37,491 nucleotides of DNA from Reclinomonas americana ATCC 50394 (Eukaryota): contig PS015066.1 in the NCBI GenBank assembly GCA_048213135.1, positions 25,160-62,650 on the forward strand, written 5' to 3'. A program made the translations under genes and the position numbers. Positions 11,501 to 27,114 of this stretch are shown here, in pieces. How positions within the stretch are numbered: position 1 is the stretch's first letter; each line of letters begins with the position of its first letter. A model generated the notes under the pieces. The model saw nothing but the letters and a program-made list of their open reading frames with translations. It was not told the origin of the DNA and searched no databases.

Positions 11501-14500
11501 GTCGGTCTCTCGTATCGCAGCTGGTGAGAGGGCGTGAGTCACCGATGAAGTACCACCACATGCGCCATCATAGTCACAAACCCCATCATCCAGCAGAGGC
11601 AGCTCAATTGGACGCGTCGGCGACGGCGCCACGCCCGGCTGTGCCACTTTGACTACGACAAACACGCCACCCTGAGAGCCAGCGCTGCGCACGCGCATAG
11701 AACCGTGTCAGCTGCGCATTAACACACAGTGTAACGCGGTGACATCTGAGCGAGACCAACCTCGTGCCAATGGCTGTGCTCGGCAAGTCAATGGCCGGGA
11801 ACGGACTCTCGTACGCCGGTCGCAGCACGCTGGACAACGCAGCGTCTGTGCAAACATACACGCATGTGAGAAACTGCCACGATTTCACACGCACACATGT
11901 CGGAGACAGCGACAAAACTCTGCTGGTCCTCGCACTCGCGCATGAACCGATCGTAGTCTGCCGCCGAATACGCGCGATCAGACGTCAGCGTGCCGTCTGG
12001 GTCACCCTTGCGCGGCCGCTTGGAGCAGTCCACACGTTGGTGGTAGGCCCAGTTAAAGGGCTTTAGTGCACTGGAATGATGCAAAAAAGGCACCGTGAGT
12101 CGCGGTGCGACAGGAGCAGCAGAGAAATGCGCCACGCAACGCATCCGCAGCCGAATCCAGTGGTCCCGAGTTCTTCACCATGAAAATGTCCTCAATGACG
12201 TACTGCGACGTGCCGTACTGGCCCACAAAGACCGCATCCTCATCGGCACTGCTTCTGTGATGATTTTTGCGAGTGAGTCCGACTGGCGCCGCAGTGTCTC
12301 CTTATGCACACACACTCACCCAGTGGCGTGCGTAATCAGCGGAACAAAGGAGCGCTCGAAATGCGTCGCTGTTGGCTGATACACAGAGGCCACCACCGCC
12401 GACAGGCGGGCCTTGGATACGGCGCGACCTGCAACCCCCCTCCACGTAAATAACGCAACACGGATGACCGAAAAGGTCAAGCTAGCTGGCGTACGCACCA
12501 GTGTGGCGATTGATGATCATCAGTTGGCCGTCGGCGGATCCGAGGTACACAAAGGCCGAGCAGCCAGTACCATAGTTATCCTCGTCTACACATCCGTCAG
12601 CAGTCGCCTTTCATCGATTTACATCACTTTCTTGACGCAACGGTTCTGCTCGGGTTTGGCAAACGACGGGTGCAACTCGGTGTACGTGATGTTCCATCTG
12701 CGCGACACGAGGTGAGCAAAATCGGCAGCGAGCGAGTGGAAGTTGGTGCACACAACTTTTCCTGGCTGCGCAGCGGATCTAGTGCGCTGACGTGGTAATC
12801 AGTGCGCAGCACAAACAGCGAGTCCATCGGTCTGCATACGAGCGCGCACAAGTCAGCGGGTGCAGATATTAAGATGGATTACGAGTCGACGCAACACTTC
12901 ATCGTCGGCAGCAATTGCAGTGGCTCCCACGGCGGCCTTTGTTTCGATCCTTGGTGAGCACACGCACGCGCGCGAATGACAAGAGTGTGTCGACATGCGC
13001 ACTCACCACATGGTCCACAGTTGTGGGCGACAGGCGCGTACGAGGGCGCCCATCGCTCGACACGCTGCTCACGGACGCTTCGCGATGATACTGCTGGTCT
13101 GCAGTTGCGGCATCCGCCTGATCGGCCACCATGCTGTGCGACACGCGGAAGAGCTCTGCGGAAACCATGAGTTGACGATGGCGCCAGACAATGAGAACGC
13201 GAACGCCACAAACCTGTGCGCTGATTTACAATGTACAAGGTTCCGTCGACGCCCCGGAACGGCGAGCGATGCGCAATGTCGACCACAGACATGGGCATTT
13301 TCTGTGATTGACTCAGTCACCAGCCACCAATCTCGGCGACATGCACCAATACCAACTCACCTCAATGCCGGTTGCGTTACTTCGCAAGTAAATGTGCCCG
13401 TCAAGTGATGGGATGAGCGAGTACGCGACTGGGTGCGCGCCACCAGTGCTGAGGTCACCACTGGAGCGCACCAACGGTCCACCACTAAAGACAGTGGACA
13501 CAATGTCGCCAGTCATGGCGTGCACTCGGTGAATGTATCCGTCGACAGTCGACGCCAGGACCTCACACTCGCTTGGATCAGCAGGTGCCGTAAGAGTGCC
13601 GCCAGAGGACTGCGCGACCACCACCAGTTAAGCGGCATGATAGAGAGGGAAAGGTGACGGCAAGGACACGCAACTCGAACCACCGGTAGAATACCACCGG
13701 CGTCAATGGCGGCAACAAAATCCTTGGCCGTGGCCGCCTCGGCAGTCGAACCAGCAGCAGCGCGGGTGGCGCCAGCATTGCTCGACGTAGCACCGCGCTT
13801 GTTCGTTGCACCTTCCGACTGGCCAGCAGCCGTAGACGACGATTCGGGCTTCTTGATTGTGTCGCCTGGTTTGGTGGTTGACTCTTTTCGAGCCTTGTCA
13901 TCCACCTTGGCAGCAGACTCCTGCTTCTTCGCCTTGTCATCTGGCTTGGCGGCAGACTCTGGCTTCTTGCCCTTGTCATCCGGCTTGCCCACAGACTCCT
14001 GCTTCTTGCCCTTGTCATCCGGCTTGGCAGCAGACTCCTGCTTCTTCGGCTTGTCATCCGGCTTGGCAGCAGCAGACTCCTGCTTCTTGCCCTTGTCATC
14101 CGGCTTGACAGCCGACTCCTGCTTCTTGGCCTTGTCATCCGGCTTGACAGTTGTTGTTGCTGTTGTCGACTCCGATTTCTTGGCCTTCTCATCCACCTTG
14201 GCAGCTGACTCCGGCTTCTTGGCCTTGTCATCCGGCTTGGCAGCAGACTCCGGCTTCTTCGGCTTGTCATCCGGCTTGACAGCAGCAGACTCCTGCTTCT
14301 TCGCCTTGTCATCCACCTTGGGAGCCGACTCTGGCTTCTTGGCCTTGTCATCCACCTTGCCCACAGACTCCTGCTTCTTCGCCTTGTCATCCGGCTTGGC
14401 AGCAGCAGACTCCTGCTTCTTGGCCTTCTCATCCGGCTTGGCAGCAGCAGACTCCTGCTTCTTCGCCTTCTCATCCGGCTTGGCAGCAGCAGACTCCTGC

Positions 14501-15400
14501 TTCTTCGCCTTGTCATCCGGCTTGGCAGCAGCAGACTCTGGCTTCTTCGCCTTGTCATCCACCTTGGCAGCTGTCTCCTGCTTCTTCGGCTTGTCATCCA
14601 CCTTGGCAGCTGACTCCTGCTTCTTCGCCTTGTCATCCGGCTTGGCAGCAGCAGACTCCTGCTTCTTCGCCTTGTCATCCACCTTGGCAGCCGACTCTGG
14701 CTTCTTCGCCTTGTCATCCGGCTTGGCAGCAGCAGACTCCTGCTTCTTCGCCTTGTCATCCACCTTGGCAGCCGACTCCTGCTTCTTCGCCTTGTCATCC
14801 ACCTTGGCAGCCTTGTCATCCACCTTGCCCACGGACTCCTGCTTCTTCACCTTGTCATCCGGCGCCTTACTCGCCTTGCTCCCTGCCGGTGATTCCGGCT
14901 TGCCTGCAGATGATGATGATGATCGTGCAGGTTGATCCGATCCCGAACGACCGACGGTGGCCTCAGGGCTCGCCTTCTTGCCCGCGTCGCCCTTTTTGCC
15001 ACTCCTACCCGCCGCAGCACTGGTCGGCGACGACGATGATGACGACGACGATGATGAGGGCTTGACCGTCGATCTGCAGCACCACCGACAATTCAGCCTC
15101 ACGAATAGGAATCAACTCCTCACACAACACTGAAGCCACAGACAGACACAGACCACACGGCACTCCCCTCCCGCCCACATGCACACATAGAGACACAGAC
15201 AGACAGGCAGCGAGAGAATGACGCGATGAATGCCACGTGGATCCAATCGTCATCGTCTGACGCAACGGTTTGGCCAAACACCACGTGACGCACACGCTCA
15301 TCACCAACACCACCACAAGCAGCGTGATCAGCCGCACATGTGATCCGCCCACACGACTCCTCCTTCTCATAGGCGCAGACGAGCGCCGTCTCAACTCCAT
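8506..15400 (-). CDS. IRE1: IRE1 ER-stress sensor kinase/endoribonuclease, >20 exons
   Basis: Signal-like hydrophobic N-terminus; luminal motifs STVDG, IPSLDGHIY, SPFRGVDG, RTDY, WNITY; TM at ~11090-11200; kinase LGRGKDGTVVY, VAVKR, HRDIKPANIL, SDMG, GWQAPE, HPFG; KEN domain HPAFW, YRKYDKNSATDLLRLTRNVCNHYREY. Confidence 0.95.
13880..14862 (-). repeat. Coding minisatellite, 39/42-bp units (~24 copies) encoding K(P/V)DDKAKKQESAA(A)
   Basis: Repeated CTTGTCATCCGGCTTGGCAGCAGACTCCTGCTTCTT on the + strand; in frame within IRE1 exon 2. Confidence 0.95.
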
Positions 15401-15643
15401 GAAGAAGTCTGATCACGTTATGGACAGAGACAATCGCGCGCGAGTCTCGTCTGTCCGAGGCCTTTTTTGGGCGACCTTCGGTGTTTTCTTGCGCGCTGCA
15501 GTGCTGTGCTGTGCGCTGCGTGTCCACTAACGGCTGCGCTTGGTTTTCGTGGCTTCAATCGACAGCTGCGTGCGTATTGCAGCTCGTGGACAGTCGCGCG
15601 CGAGCCACGTCTGTCCGTGCGATTGAAAAACAAAGCGCGCGCG

Positions 15644-18958
<3,315 letters not shown>

Positions 18959-19140
18959 TTGGTGTGAGGCGCAGAACCATAGACCGGAATGAATGTATCG
19001 CATCGTTCTATCAGCGCGCGTGCCAGTGTTTCGATTTTGTGTACATTCTTGCAGTGCTTGCTGACTGTCTTTTTGATGATGTAAAAAAGAGCGGAAACAG
19101 ATAAAGAAAAAAAAGACCGTCCGCTCTCCACGCGCTCGCA

Positions 19141-22100
19141 TTATCGGCGAGGCGACGTGCTCCTCCTCTCGCCGCTGAGACCCGAATCGGAACCGCCTGC
19201 ACTCAGGTGGCGATCGGATCGTGAGTACGGCGAGCGGCTGCCTCCCATCAGTGCCGACGCACTGCAACAACAGGGTGAGGGACGGTGATGCGCTGACACC
19301 ATTTGAGTACTAATGCGCCCCGCTCACCTCGCTGCGGCGCCACTGGATGCCGTGGCAGTGCCGGCGCCGGGTACCTGCTGACCCTTGAGCATCAACATGG
19401 CCTGCGCCTGGCGCAACTGCTGCGACAGCTGATTCTTCTGCTCGCGCAGCTCGCGCAGTTGTCGCTCGTGCGTCTGTGCACGTGCCGCACGATGTGAGCT
19501 CGCGGGTGAGACAAGAAGGGACGACGACAAAATACAACGGGCTGCGCAACATGATAAACTCCATCCTTCTCCTGCTCCAGCGCCTGGAATTGGCGCTTCC
19601 ACGACTCGCGCTCACGCTCTGCCGTGCCCAGTCGCTCGCGCAAATCGTCAATCTCGCGTCGCAGATGCTCCACCGAGCGGCTCTGCTCGTCCACAGCGCG
19701 CAACTCGCGTTGTGACTGCTCGAGCTGCTCGTTGAGGATGTTGATGCGTGCCTCGGCATCGTTGAATCGCTCGCGTGTCTTGTCCGACGCACGAGTGGCT
19801 TCGTTTGCACGGTGCTCGGCAATCATATAGTTCTCCTCCACCATGCGAATCTTGGCCTCGCATTCGTCGCGGTAGTGCGCCAGGTTGTTGTCGGCCTCCG
19901 CCACCTCGTACTCCAGTTGGCGAACGCGGTGCTCCAGGTCGGCACGTGCACGCAGCTCCTCCGAGAGCTTGCCACGCAGCACGCCCAACTCCTCCGTCAT
20001 TGACTCCTGCACGGTCGAGACAGAGGAGGGTCAGGGACAGACGCAGCAGCAGGCGAGCGAGCTCACAGTGACGACAATACTCACCCGATCGCGTGCCATT
20101 GCAGCTCGCTCAGCATTCAGACTGCTGAGCTGCGTGGTGGTCGAGTTGAGCTCCGTCTGCTGTCGCGCCTTGACGGTAGTCAGCTCGTCCTGCAGCCTCT
20201 TGTTCTCATCCTGCAGCTGCTGCCGCTGGGCCTTGGCCGTGTCCAAGAAGTTGCGCGTTTGCACCAGCTCTGCCTTCACCTGCTGTGCAATCGAATCCAA
20301 CGACCGTTCGCGGCCCTCGGCGGCCTGCAACGCACTCTGCAGATGGAGGAGAAAAGGTCTTTAACAAAACCACACAACACGCAGGAGGGAGGAAGCAACA
20401 CAGGTGGTACGCAACTGCCAAGCCACGCATCTTGGCCTGCAGCTGATCGCGTTCCTGAGTCAGCGAATCGGCATGATCGCGAGCGTCGCGCAACTCCTGT
20501 GCCATGAGTTGCACGCGGTGCTGCAGCTCGCTGATCGAGTGAAACGTAAAGGTGAGCAAGCGAATACACCGCGACACTCGACACGTGCGCATGGTGAACT
20601 CACCGACACTCCTCGGTGAGCGAGTCGCGATCCGAGATCACATTCGACGAGTTGCGTCGCTCCTCATCGACTGCCAGCGACAGCTGCTGCATGTCGCGGC
20701 GCAACTGGACCAACTCCTCATCGCGCACCATGGCCTCGCGTTGCCGTGACTCGACAATGGAGCGCAGTTCGCGGATTTCGTCCGTGTACGCCTCACTGTG
20801 ATGCGAAAAGTGAGTCTCCCCGGGTGCGTACAGAAGACACCAAGTGATGAGCACACACACGCTCACCGCTGCATGGCAACATCCTCTTGCAGCACCGCCA
20901 CCTTTTGCACAGCACGCTCGTACTTGTCCTTCCAGTCGCTCTCCGATTCGCGCGTCTCCGCTCGTGCACTGTGCAACTCTTTCTGCAGAGGTGAAGCGCG
21001 CACTTGGTCAGCGCCCAATTCTCCCTTCCGCCAACACATATGGCCGCCAACACATATGGCCGCCACTCACCTCCAGCTGCTGTGCGCGAGTGGACAGACG
21101 ATTGTTCTCCAGCGTGGCATTGTGCAGCTGCAGCTCGAGAGAAGACTCGCGCTCACGAGCACGAATCTCCCACGAACTGACCTCCTGCAACGCCTGATCA
21201 CGCTCGTCCTCCAGTCGTCTTTGCGCCATGCTGTGTGTGATACACGAGTAAGTAACATGAGAGACGGACGTGGATGATGGAGCCACTCAACTGTGCACTC
21301 TGCAAGTCGGCATCCTGCCTCAGTCGCAGCGTACTAATGTTCTCGGTCAGCCGCGCATTCTCGTCCTCGACAGCCGTGACGCGGTCACGCAATCCCATGA
21401 CCTGCGACTGCAACTCGTCGGCGGTGCGTCGCAACAGGTCGTTCTCTTGCTCCATGGCACGCTTCTGCGACATCAATGTGCGCTCAAAATTGGTCCGTTC
21501 CTGCACAACAGAAGGCAACCGGTGAATGAAATGAACAGAAGCCAGGAAACACACACAACAACACGCAACAGTGTCGGCGCCATCGCGCAAGTTGTGCAAC
21601 GCCTCCGAAATGTCGGTGAGTTGCGTCTGCAGCTTCGCATTGTGCTCCTCCAGCGCACCACGGCCGTTGCGCAATTGAATGAGATCGTCGTTCGTCATCT
21701 CATATCTGCGACGGTACTCCTCCGAGCTGCTGCGGTACTTCTCCGCCTCCTCCGCCGTGTTGCGCAAGTCAGTGAGTGCCTGTTGCAGATTGAACACTAG
21801 CTCCTCGTTCTCCGATCGCTGCTGCGCCAGCAGACTGGCGGCGCGCGACTGATCCGCCTGCACTTTGGCTCTGCGCACGAGTCAGCCATCGTGACTCAAG
21901 AAAATGAAAAACTACTGCATCAATCATGCACGCAACAGCTGATTGCGCAGATCCGTGGCCGCATCCTGCAGCTCGCGCATAATCGTGTACGTCTTCTCCT
22001 CGTCTTCTGTGCGCCACTGCAGCACCTGGCGATGGTGGTCGTCGAGAGCCGTAGTCAGCGCTCGTACTCTCTTCTCCATCTCGTCACGTGCGCTTTGCAG

Positions 22101-23146
22101 CTGCTCGGCGCGCTTCTCATACGACTCTTGCAATCGCTTCGACTCGGCATCTTGCGTCTGCAGCTGATTGTCGATAATCATGGCCTGGTTCTTGTTGATC
22201 TCTTGCAGATTGTGCAGGTCTTGCTGGCTGGCCGTCAACTGTGCGGAGAGAGGAGGGAGTGTGCGAGGGTGAGCGCGCGCAGCACAGGAGACGACAACAG
22301 CGAGACCACAGAAACGAACATCGTGCTCGAGCTGTCGAATGCGATTGCGCAGATCGCGTGTCTCTCGCGAGTCGTGATCCTGATGCTGCAGCAGCTCGGC
22401 CTTGAGCTGTGCCACCTTTTGATTCAGATTGGTGACGCGCTCCGTCATTCGCTGCTGCTCCGTCGCACTGCGCTCCTGCAAGCGTGCTGCCGCCTCCTCC
22501 GACTCGCGCAGCCGTCGTTGCAATCGCTGCGGCATAATGAGCGCAACTGTTGCGATACCCCCAACTGATAAGAGAGCATCATACCTCGGTGTCCGCGCGC
22601 AGCTGCATGTTCTCGTCCTTCAGCTTGATGATCTTGCTTTCGGTCAAATCACTGTGCACCGAGCTGCCACCACCACCACTGCCAGTCACACGACGCACAT
22701 CCGACATGATGTCGTCGTCCTCGTATTGCTGCCCGACATTGTTGAGAACAAGGCGGTGCTCATGCCACCACAAAGAAGGAGAGACGCACCACTCGACGCC
22801 CACGACGCCCGGGTGAGTTGAGTCCCATTGACGCTGCGACACTGCTGGGCGCCACCACCGATCCCAACACCGCCGCCGTCACCGGTCTTCCCGGCGACGG
22901 GATCGCCGACATTGGATTGCGCAACACTCCACTGCGATCGGCACTGCTGGCGCGATCGTACAGCGGCAACGCACTCGACTCGCCAGCTGCGGCCGCCGCC
23001 GCTCTTCCATTGCCATACATGCCTACTCCTCCATTGGTGCCGGGACTCGGTGTGCTCGAGGGGAACAGAGGCGCCTTGCGACGCGGGAGCTTGGGCGGAG
23101 AGAAGCCGCCGCTGCCGCCTCTCGCACCACGCGACGCGAATGACAT
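19141..23146 (-). CDS. Large coiled-coil protein of unknown family (possibly cytoskeletal/centrosomal), ~14 exons
   Basis: Low-complexity Ser/Pro/Gly N-terminus (MSFASRGARGG...), then continuous E/Q/R/L heptad-rich exons joined by GT-AG introns; ends ...ERRSTSPRR*. Confidence 0.75.
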
Positions 23147-23557
23147 CTCTGTGTGAGAAGGGAGAGAGTCGATCAGCACGCGCGGGCCCATGCATGTCAT
23201 GAGTGGGCCCTCGACAATATGACACCAGCCCGCGGCATCAAAAGGCAGCGGGTGCGACGGGAAGGCGCGACTCACTGACACACACACACAGAGACGCACA
23301 CACACGCGCACGAGCGAGAGAGAGAGAGCGCGTACACACTGCTTTACGATTTGCAACGGTCGGCACTCGTTTCTCTCACGCGAACACACACGCGCGTGCT
23401 GGCACTGACAGAGACACGCGCACACACAATGACGCAGTCACCAACCTGTACGCTACTAAAACGCCCACGCACTCACACGCACAGAGAGAGGGACGAAGAG
23501 AGTGTCCACGCGCGTGCCACGCGATTTTTGCAATTGGAGTTGGACAAACAGAGAGCA

Positions 23558-23908
23558 ATGAGTGGCGAGCTCGAGGCGAACCCACTCGCTGACCTTCTCA
23601 ATGACTTTGATGAGGTGTGCTCCTTCCCCACTGCTCACTCACTCTCTCACCACATCAACTGATCCGCATAAAAGGTGGTCATGGAACGGTGGTATCCAAT
23701 GCTCCGAGAGCACACCTTTCGCAGCGAGTTTGTGCCCGTGTCGCCAGCACAAGCCAGCGCCTTGCTGCAGATGCATCGGAAGCAGAGCACAGACGAATGC
23801 AGTGAAAGCCTGCGTGAGCTGGCAGAGAGCATTACGCGCAGCAAGGGCGATCAGCAGGAGTTCATCTTTGTGAAAATGTCGCATCGCTCGCCGAAGGATG
23901 CTGTGCTG
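23558..23908 (+). CDS. CDC123/R2K-like ATP-grasp protein, N-terminal part
   Basis: MSGELEANPL...|VVMERWYPMLREHTFRSEFVPVS...FIFVKMSHRSPKDAVL; FVKxxxRSPKDA is the CDC123-type motif; cut by a 20-N gap. Confidence 0.85.
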
Positions 23909-23928
23909 NNNNNNNNNNNNNNNNNNNN
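23909..23928. other. Assembly gap (20 N)
   Basis: Run of N. Confidence 1.
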
Positions 23929-23969
23929 GGAGGTGTGCTTCTCGGTCTCGAGTCGCCATGCAAACAAAC

Positions 23970-24725
23970 CTGTGGCCCAGATGGCCTCCGCTTCCGGCTC
24001 CGTCTCGGTGATGCGGAACTGTGCACGCGAGAGCGTCGAAGGTGAGAATCGACAAGGCGACAACACATCGACGGCAGGCGCACGGCGCACCTCAAAGGGA
24101 CCATTCAGGAGCACGTCGCGATCGCGCACCGGGTGAAAGAGAAAGTAGTCGCTGGTGCTGAACGGGTTCAGCTCGACCACCCACACTCGCTGCTGCTCCA
24201 AATCCACATAAAAGTCGAGCACAAACTGGCCCGTCAGCAAGTGCGCCGGCAGCGACGGGCGAATCCTCTCCGCAAAGTACGTCTGCACGAGCTGAGCAAT
24301 CCGATCGCGCAGCTCGGGGAATTCGGCAAAGAAGCAAATGTAGTGGTACTGTGGAGAGCCATAGGGGGTAAGGTGAGACAGTGAGATGGTCTGCGTCTGT
24401 CCTCCACGCATCGCACCTGCGACATGCCAGTGAGCTGTCCCCGCGAGACGAATGCCCGAAACTCAAACGGCGAGTTCAGCGACATATACTCGCGCACCAC
24501 CACCTTCATATCCCACGGCCGCGCATTGTCCGCATGCAGCATGAGCGCCCACTCGAGATCCTCCGCCACGCGCTCACTCTGACTCAACATGCGCACCGCC
24601 TCCTCGCCCGAGCGCACTCCCATGGCCACATGATACGCCTGAATAATCGCCCGCAACCGCTCATTAAACGACGTGCCTCCGCCCGGCAACAGCCGCCGGA
24701 ACTCCGCCATCGTACACTCCGACTC
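23970..24725 (-). CDS. CDC123/R2K-like ATP-grasp, central and C-terminal part, on an apparently inverted contig
   Basis: SERVAEDL...VVVREY...FEFRAFVSRGQLTGMSQ|YHYICFF...FVLDFYVD...VWVVELNPF...DRDVLLNGPFE|FRITE; no clear start of its own and no stop. Confidence 0.88.
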
Positions 24726-25241
24726 NNNNNNNNNNNNNNNNNNNNNNNNNNNNNNNNNNNNNNNNNNNNNNNNNNNNNNNNNNNNNNNNNNNNNNNNNNN
24801 NNNNNNNNNNNNNNNNNNNNNNNNNNNNNNNNNNNNNNNNNNNNNNNNNNNNNNNNNNNNNNNNNNNNNNNNNNNNNNNNNNNNNNNNNNNNNNNNNNNN
24901 NNNNNNNNNNNNNNNNNNNNNNNNNNNNNNNNNNNNNNNNNNNNNNNNNNNNNNNNNNNNNNNNNNNNNNNNNNNNNNNNNNNNNNNNNNNNNNNNNNNN
25001 NNNNNNNNNNNNNNNNNNNNNNNNNNNNNNNNNNNNNNNNNNNNNNNNNNNNNNNNNNNNNNNNNNNNNNNNNNNNNNNNNNNNNNNNNNNNNNNNNNNN
25101 NNNNNNNNNNNNNNNNNNNNNNNNNNNNNNNNNNNNNNNNNNNNNNNNNNNNNNNNNNNNNNNNNNNNNNNNNNNNNNNNNNNNNNNNNNNNNNNNNNNN
25201 NNNNNNNNNNNNNNNNNNNNNNNNNNNNNNNNNNNNNNNNN
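24726..25241. other. Assembly gap
   Basis: Run of N. Confidence 1.
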
Positions 25242-25263
25242 ACCCACTTGCGCACTTTCACAG

Positions 25264-27052
25264 GCAATGTGCACACTGGGTGGAAGCACTTGCTCTTCCC
25301 CGAGAGCGCCGCAGCAGCACCGTCGGCAGCAGTGGCGGCGGAGGCGGACGATGACGGCGCCATGCTCATTCGCCAGGAGTCGCACCGCGAGGCCACACTG
25401 AGCCACGCCGGCATGTCGATGATGGCGGCCGCGCAGGATGACGAGGCCGCGGTGCCGTCGTCGCCCGCGCCCCTCTCGGCACACGACGTGATCAGCAAGA
25501 TGAACAGCTTCCCACAAGTGCCGTGCGTCGCTGAGCGCTTGCCGGTGAGTGCCACGTCGTTTTCCATGCATCAGCCTTCGCTGACGGGTTTGTTGTGCAA
25601 GTTCGCCTTGTGGTACGATCTATCGACGCGAGCCGAATTCGCGTTCAAGTTTGTGGACTCACTCATGCGGCACGGATACTGCATGGTTTGTTCTCATTCC
25701 ATGGGCAGTCAGCCATGCTGCAAACACCGACTGTGCGCTGGGTGCAGGTCCAAGTGTTGGAGGACGATTACTCGCCGATCGCTACAATGTGGGAAGACCT
25801 GCGCAAGTTCATGACCGAGAACAGCGAGGAGGAGAAGCTGGCTCTGTGGCTCAACGACTGGGATTGCGGGTTCGTGCTGGTTGCATCCATGACTGCTTCT
25901 CAAGCTTCTCATCCATCTCCATCAGGTATGCGTTCGCGCCCGACATGTTTGAGCAGTTCCGCTTCGTCTACTCTTCCAGTTGAGCTCGAGATGTTCATTA
26001 CGCATTACAAGCCCAGCGTTCTCCGCCGACACTGAACACCCGCTGCAGATGTTCGTGAGCGCTCGGATTACCCGTGGCCGCAGAAACCAGCCACGTTTCC
26101 GACCTCGGTTGTCAGCTGCGTCTCTCTCTCGATGCTCCTTGCTGCAGGAGGGCACGATCTCATGCGTGCGTGCATGTGTGTTTGCGCAGACTACCATGAA
26201 ACCATGGATGGACTGGCTCGTCAGCTGCTGGAAGCTGTGGCGGTGGGTCTGCATGCCGATCCAGCGCGCTTCCTCGAAGTGTGCGACGAGTCGCCGCTGC
26301 CGATCGGCAAGTACTCCAACGGCGATTTGCGCATGTTCCGTTACCACACGGAGACCGCCGGAGAGAACTACATTGGTGAGGCGCGAGACCAGGTTGGGGA
26401 TGCAAAAGCGCGTGCACTCACTTGCAGTGTCATGCGCAGGCGAGGTGCACTGCGACATTAGCATCCTCACTTGCATTCCCGTGTCGACGGCCGATGGACT
26501 GCAGGTTTTCGGTGCGTCATCATAACCTTTTGTGCGTCGCTCAAAGAGACTAACGCGATCGTGCAGACCGCAGCGGCATGAGCTGGCAGCTGCCCGAGGA
26601 GCACGGGTACGGACCGGCGACACGCGATGTGGTCGTGTTCCCCGGCGAAGTGTTGTGCGGTGAGCAGTGGGTAGGAGTTTGAAGGCAGCAGAAAGAGTCA
26701 TCGCTCTCACAGATGTGGTGCAGGACTGACGGCTGGATGCATACCCGCGTGCCCGCATCGGTTTGCTCTCTTTTTTGTTGCTTCTCGGCCTCGACGCTCT
26801 GGTCCCTCACTCGCTTTGTTGTCTCTCCTATCCAGTGTGAAGCTGAATCCACATGTCGTGGAGCGTTACTCCATGCCATTCCTGCTGCGTCCGCGTGACG
26901 AGGCGCCGATCCGCAGCGTGCTGGAGGGCCGCATTGCGGCCGAGGCCAAGCCGAAGAACATTGTCGAGTCGCCTTCGTACACCGAGTTCTATCGAGCGAG
27001 TTTCAGCACGTGTCTGTGCACCCCGCGGTGGAAGTATCTGCCACCGTATTAA
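25264..27052 (+). CDS. Isopenicillin N synthase-like 2OG-Fe(II) dioxygenase domain (probably the C-terminal half of the ATP-grasp gene)
   Basis: DIOX_N-like FVDSLMRHGYCMV, YPWP, MDGLARQLLEAVAVGL, LRMFRY, iron ligands HCD...H (EVHCDISILT; GLQV; VFPGEVL; IPACPHRV) and the RYS 2OG-binding motif; stop at 27052. Confidence 0.88.
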
Positions 27053-27114
27053 GTAAGGCTCCTGCCAGCCATGTGCTTCTCGTTCTCTTGTTGACCAGAA
27101 TGATGCTCAATTTA

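Noticed and set aside
13880-14862. Regular repeat array resembling a CRISPR
   Set aside because: No unique spacers, unit lengths are multiples of 3, it is protein-coding, the context is eukaryotic and there are no cas genes
13706-14935. Long + strand ORF (ADSCFFALSSGLAA repeats) and the Arg/Ser-rich alternative frame 13578-14819
   Set aside because: Antisense or shifted-frame shadows of the IRE1 coding repeat
21027-21070. 16-bp tandem duplication CCGCCAACACATATGG
   Set aside because: Local slippage within an intron; no sign of function
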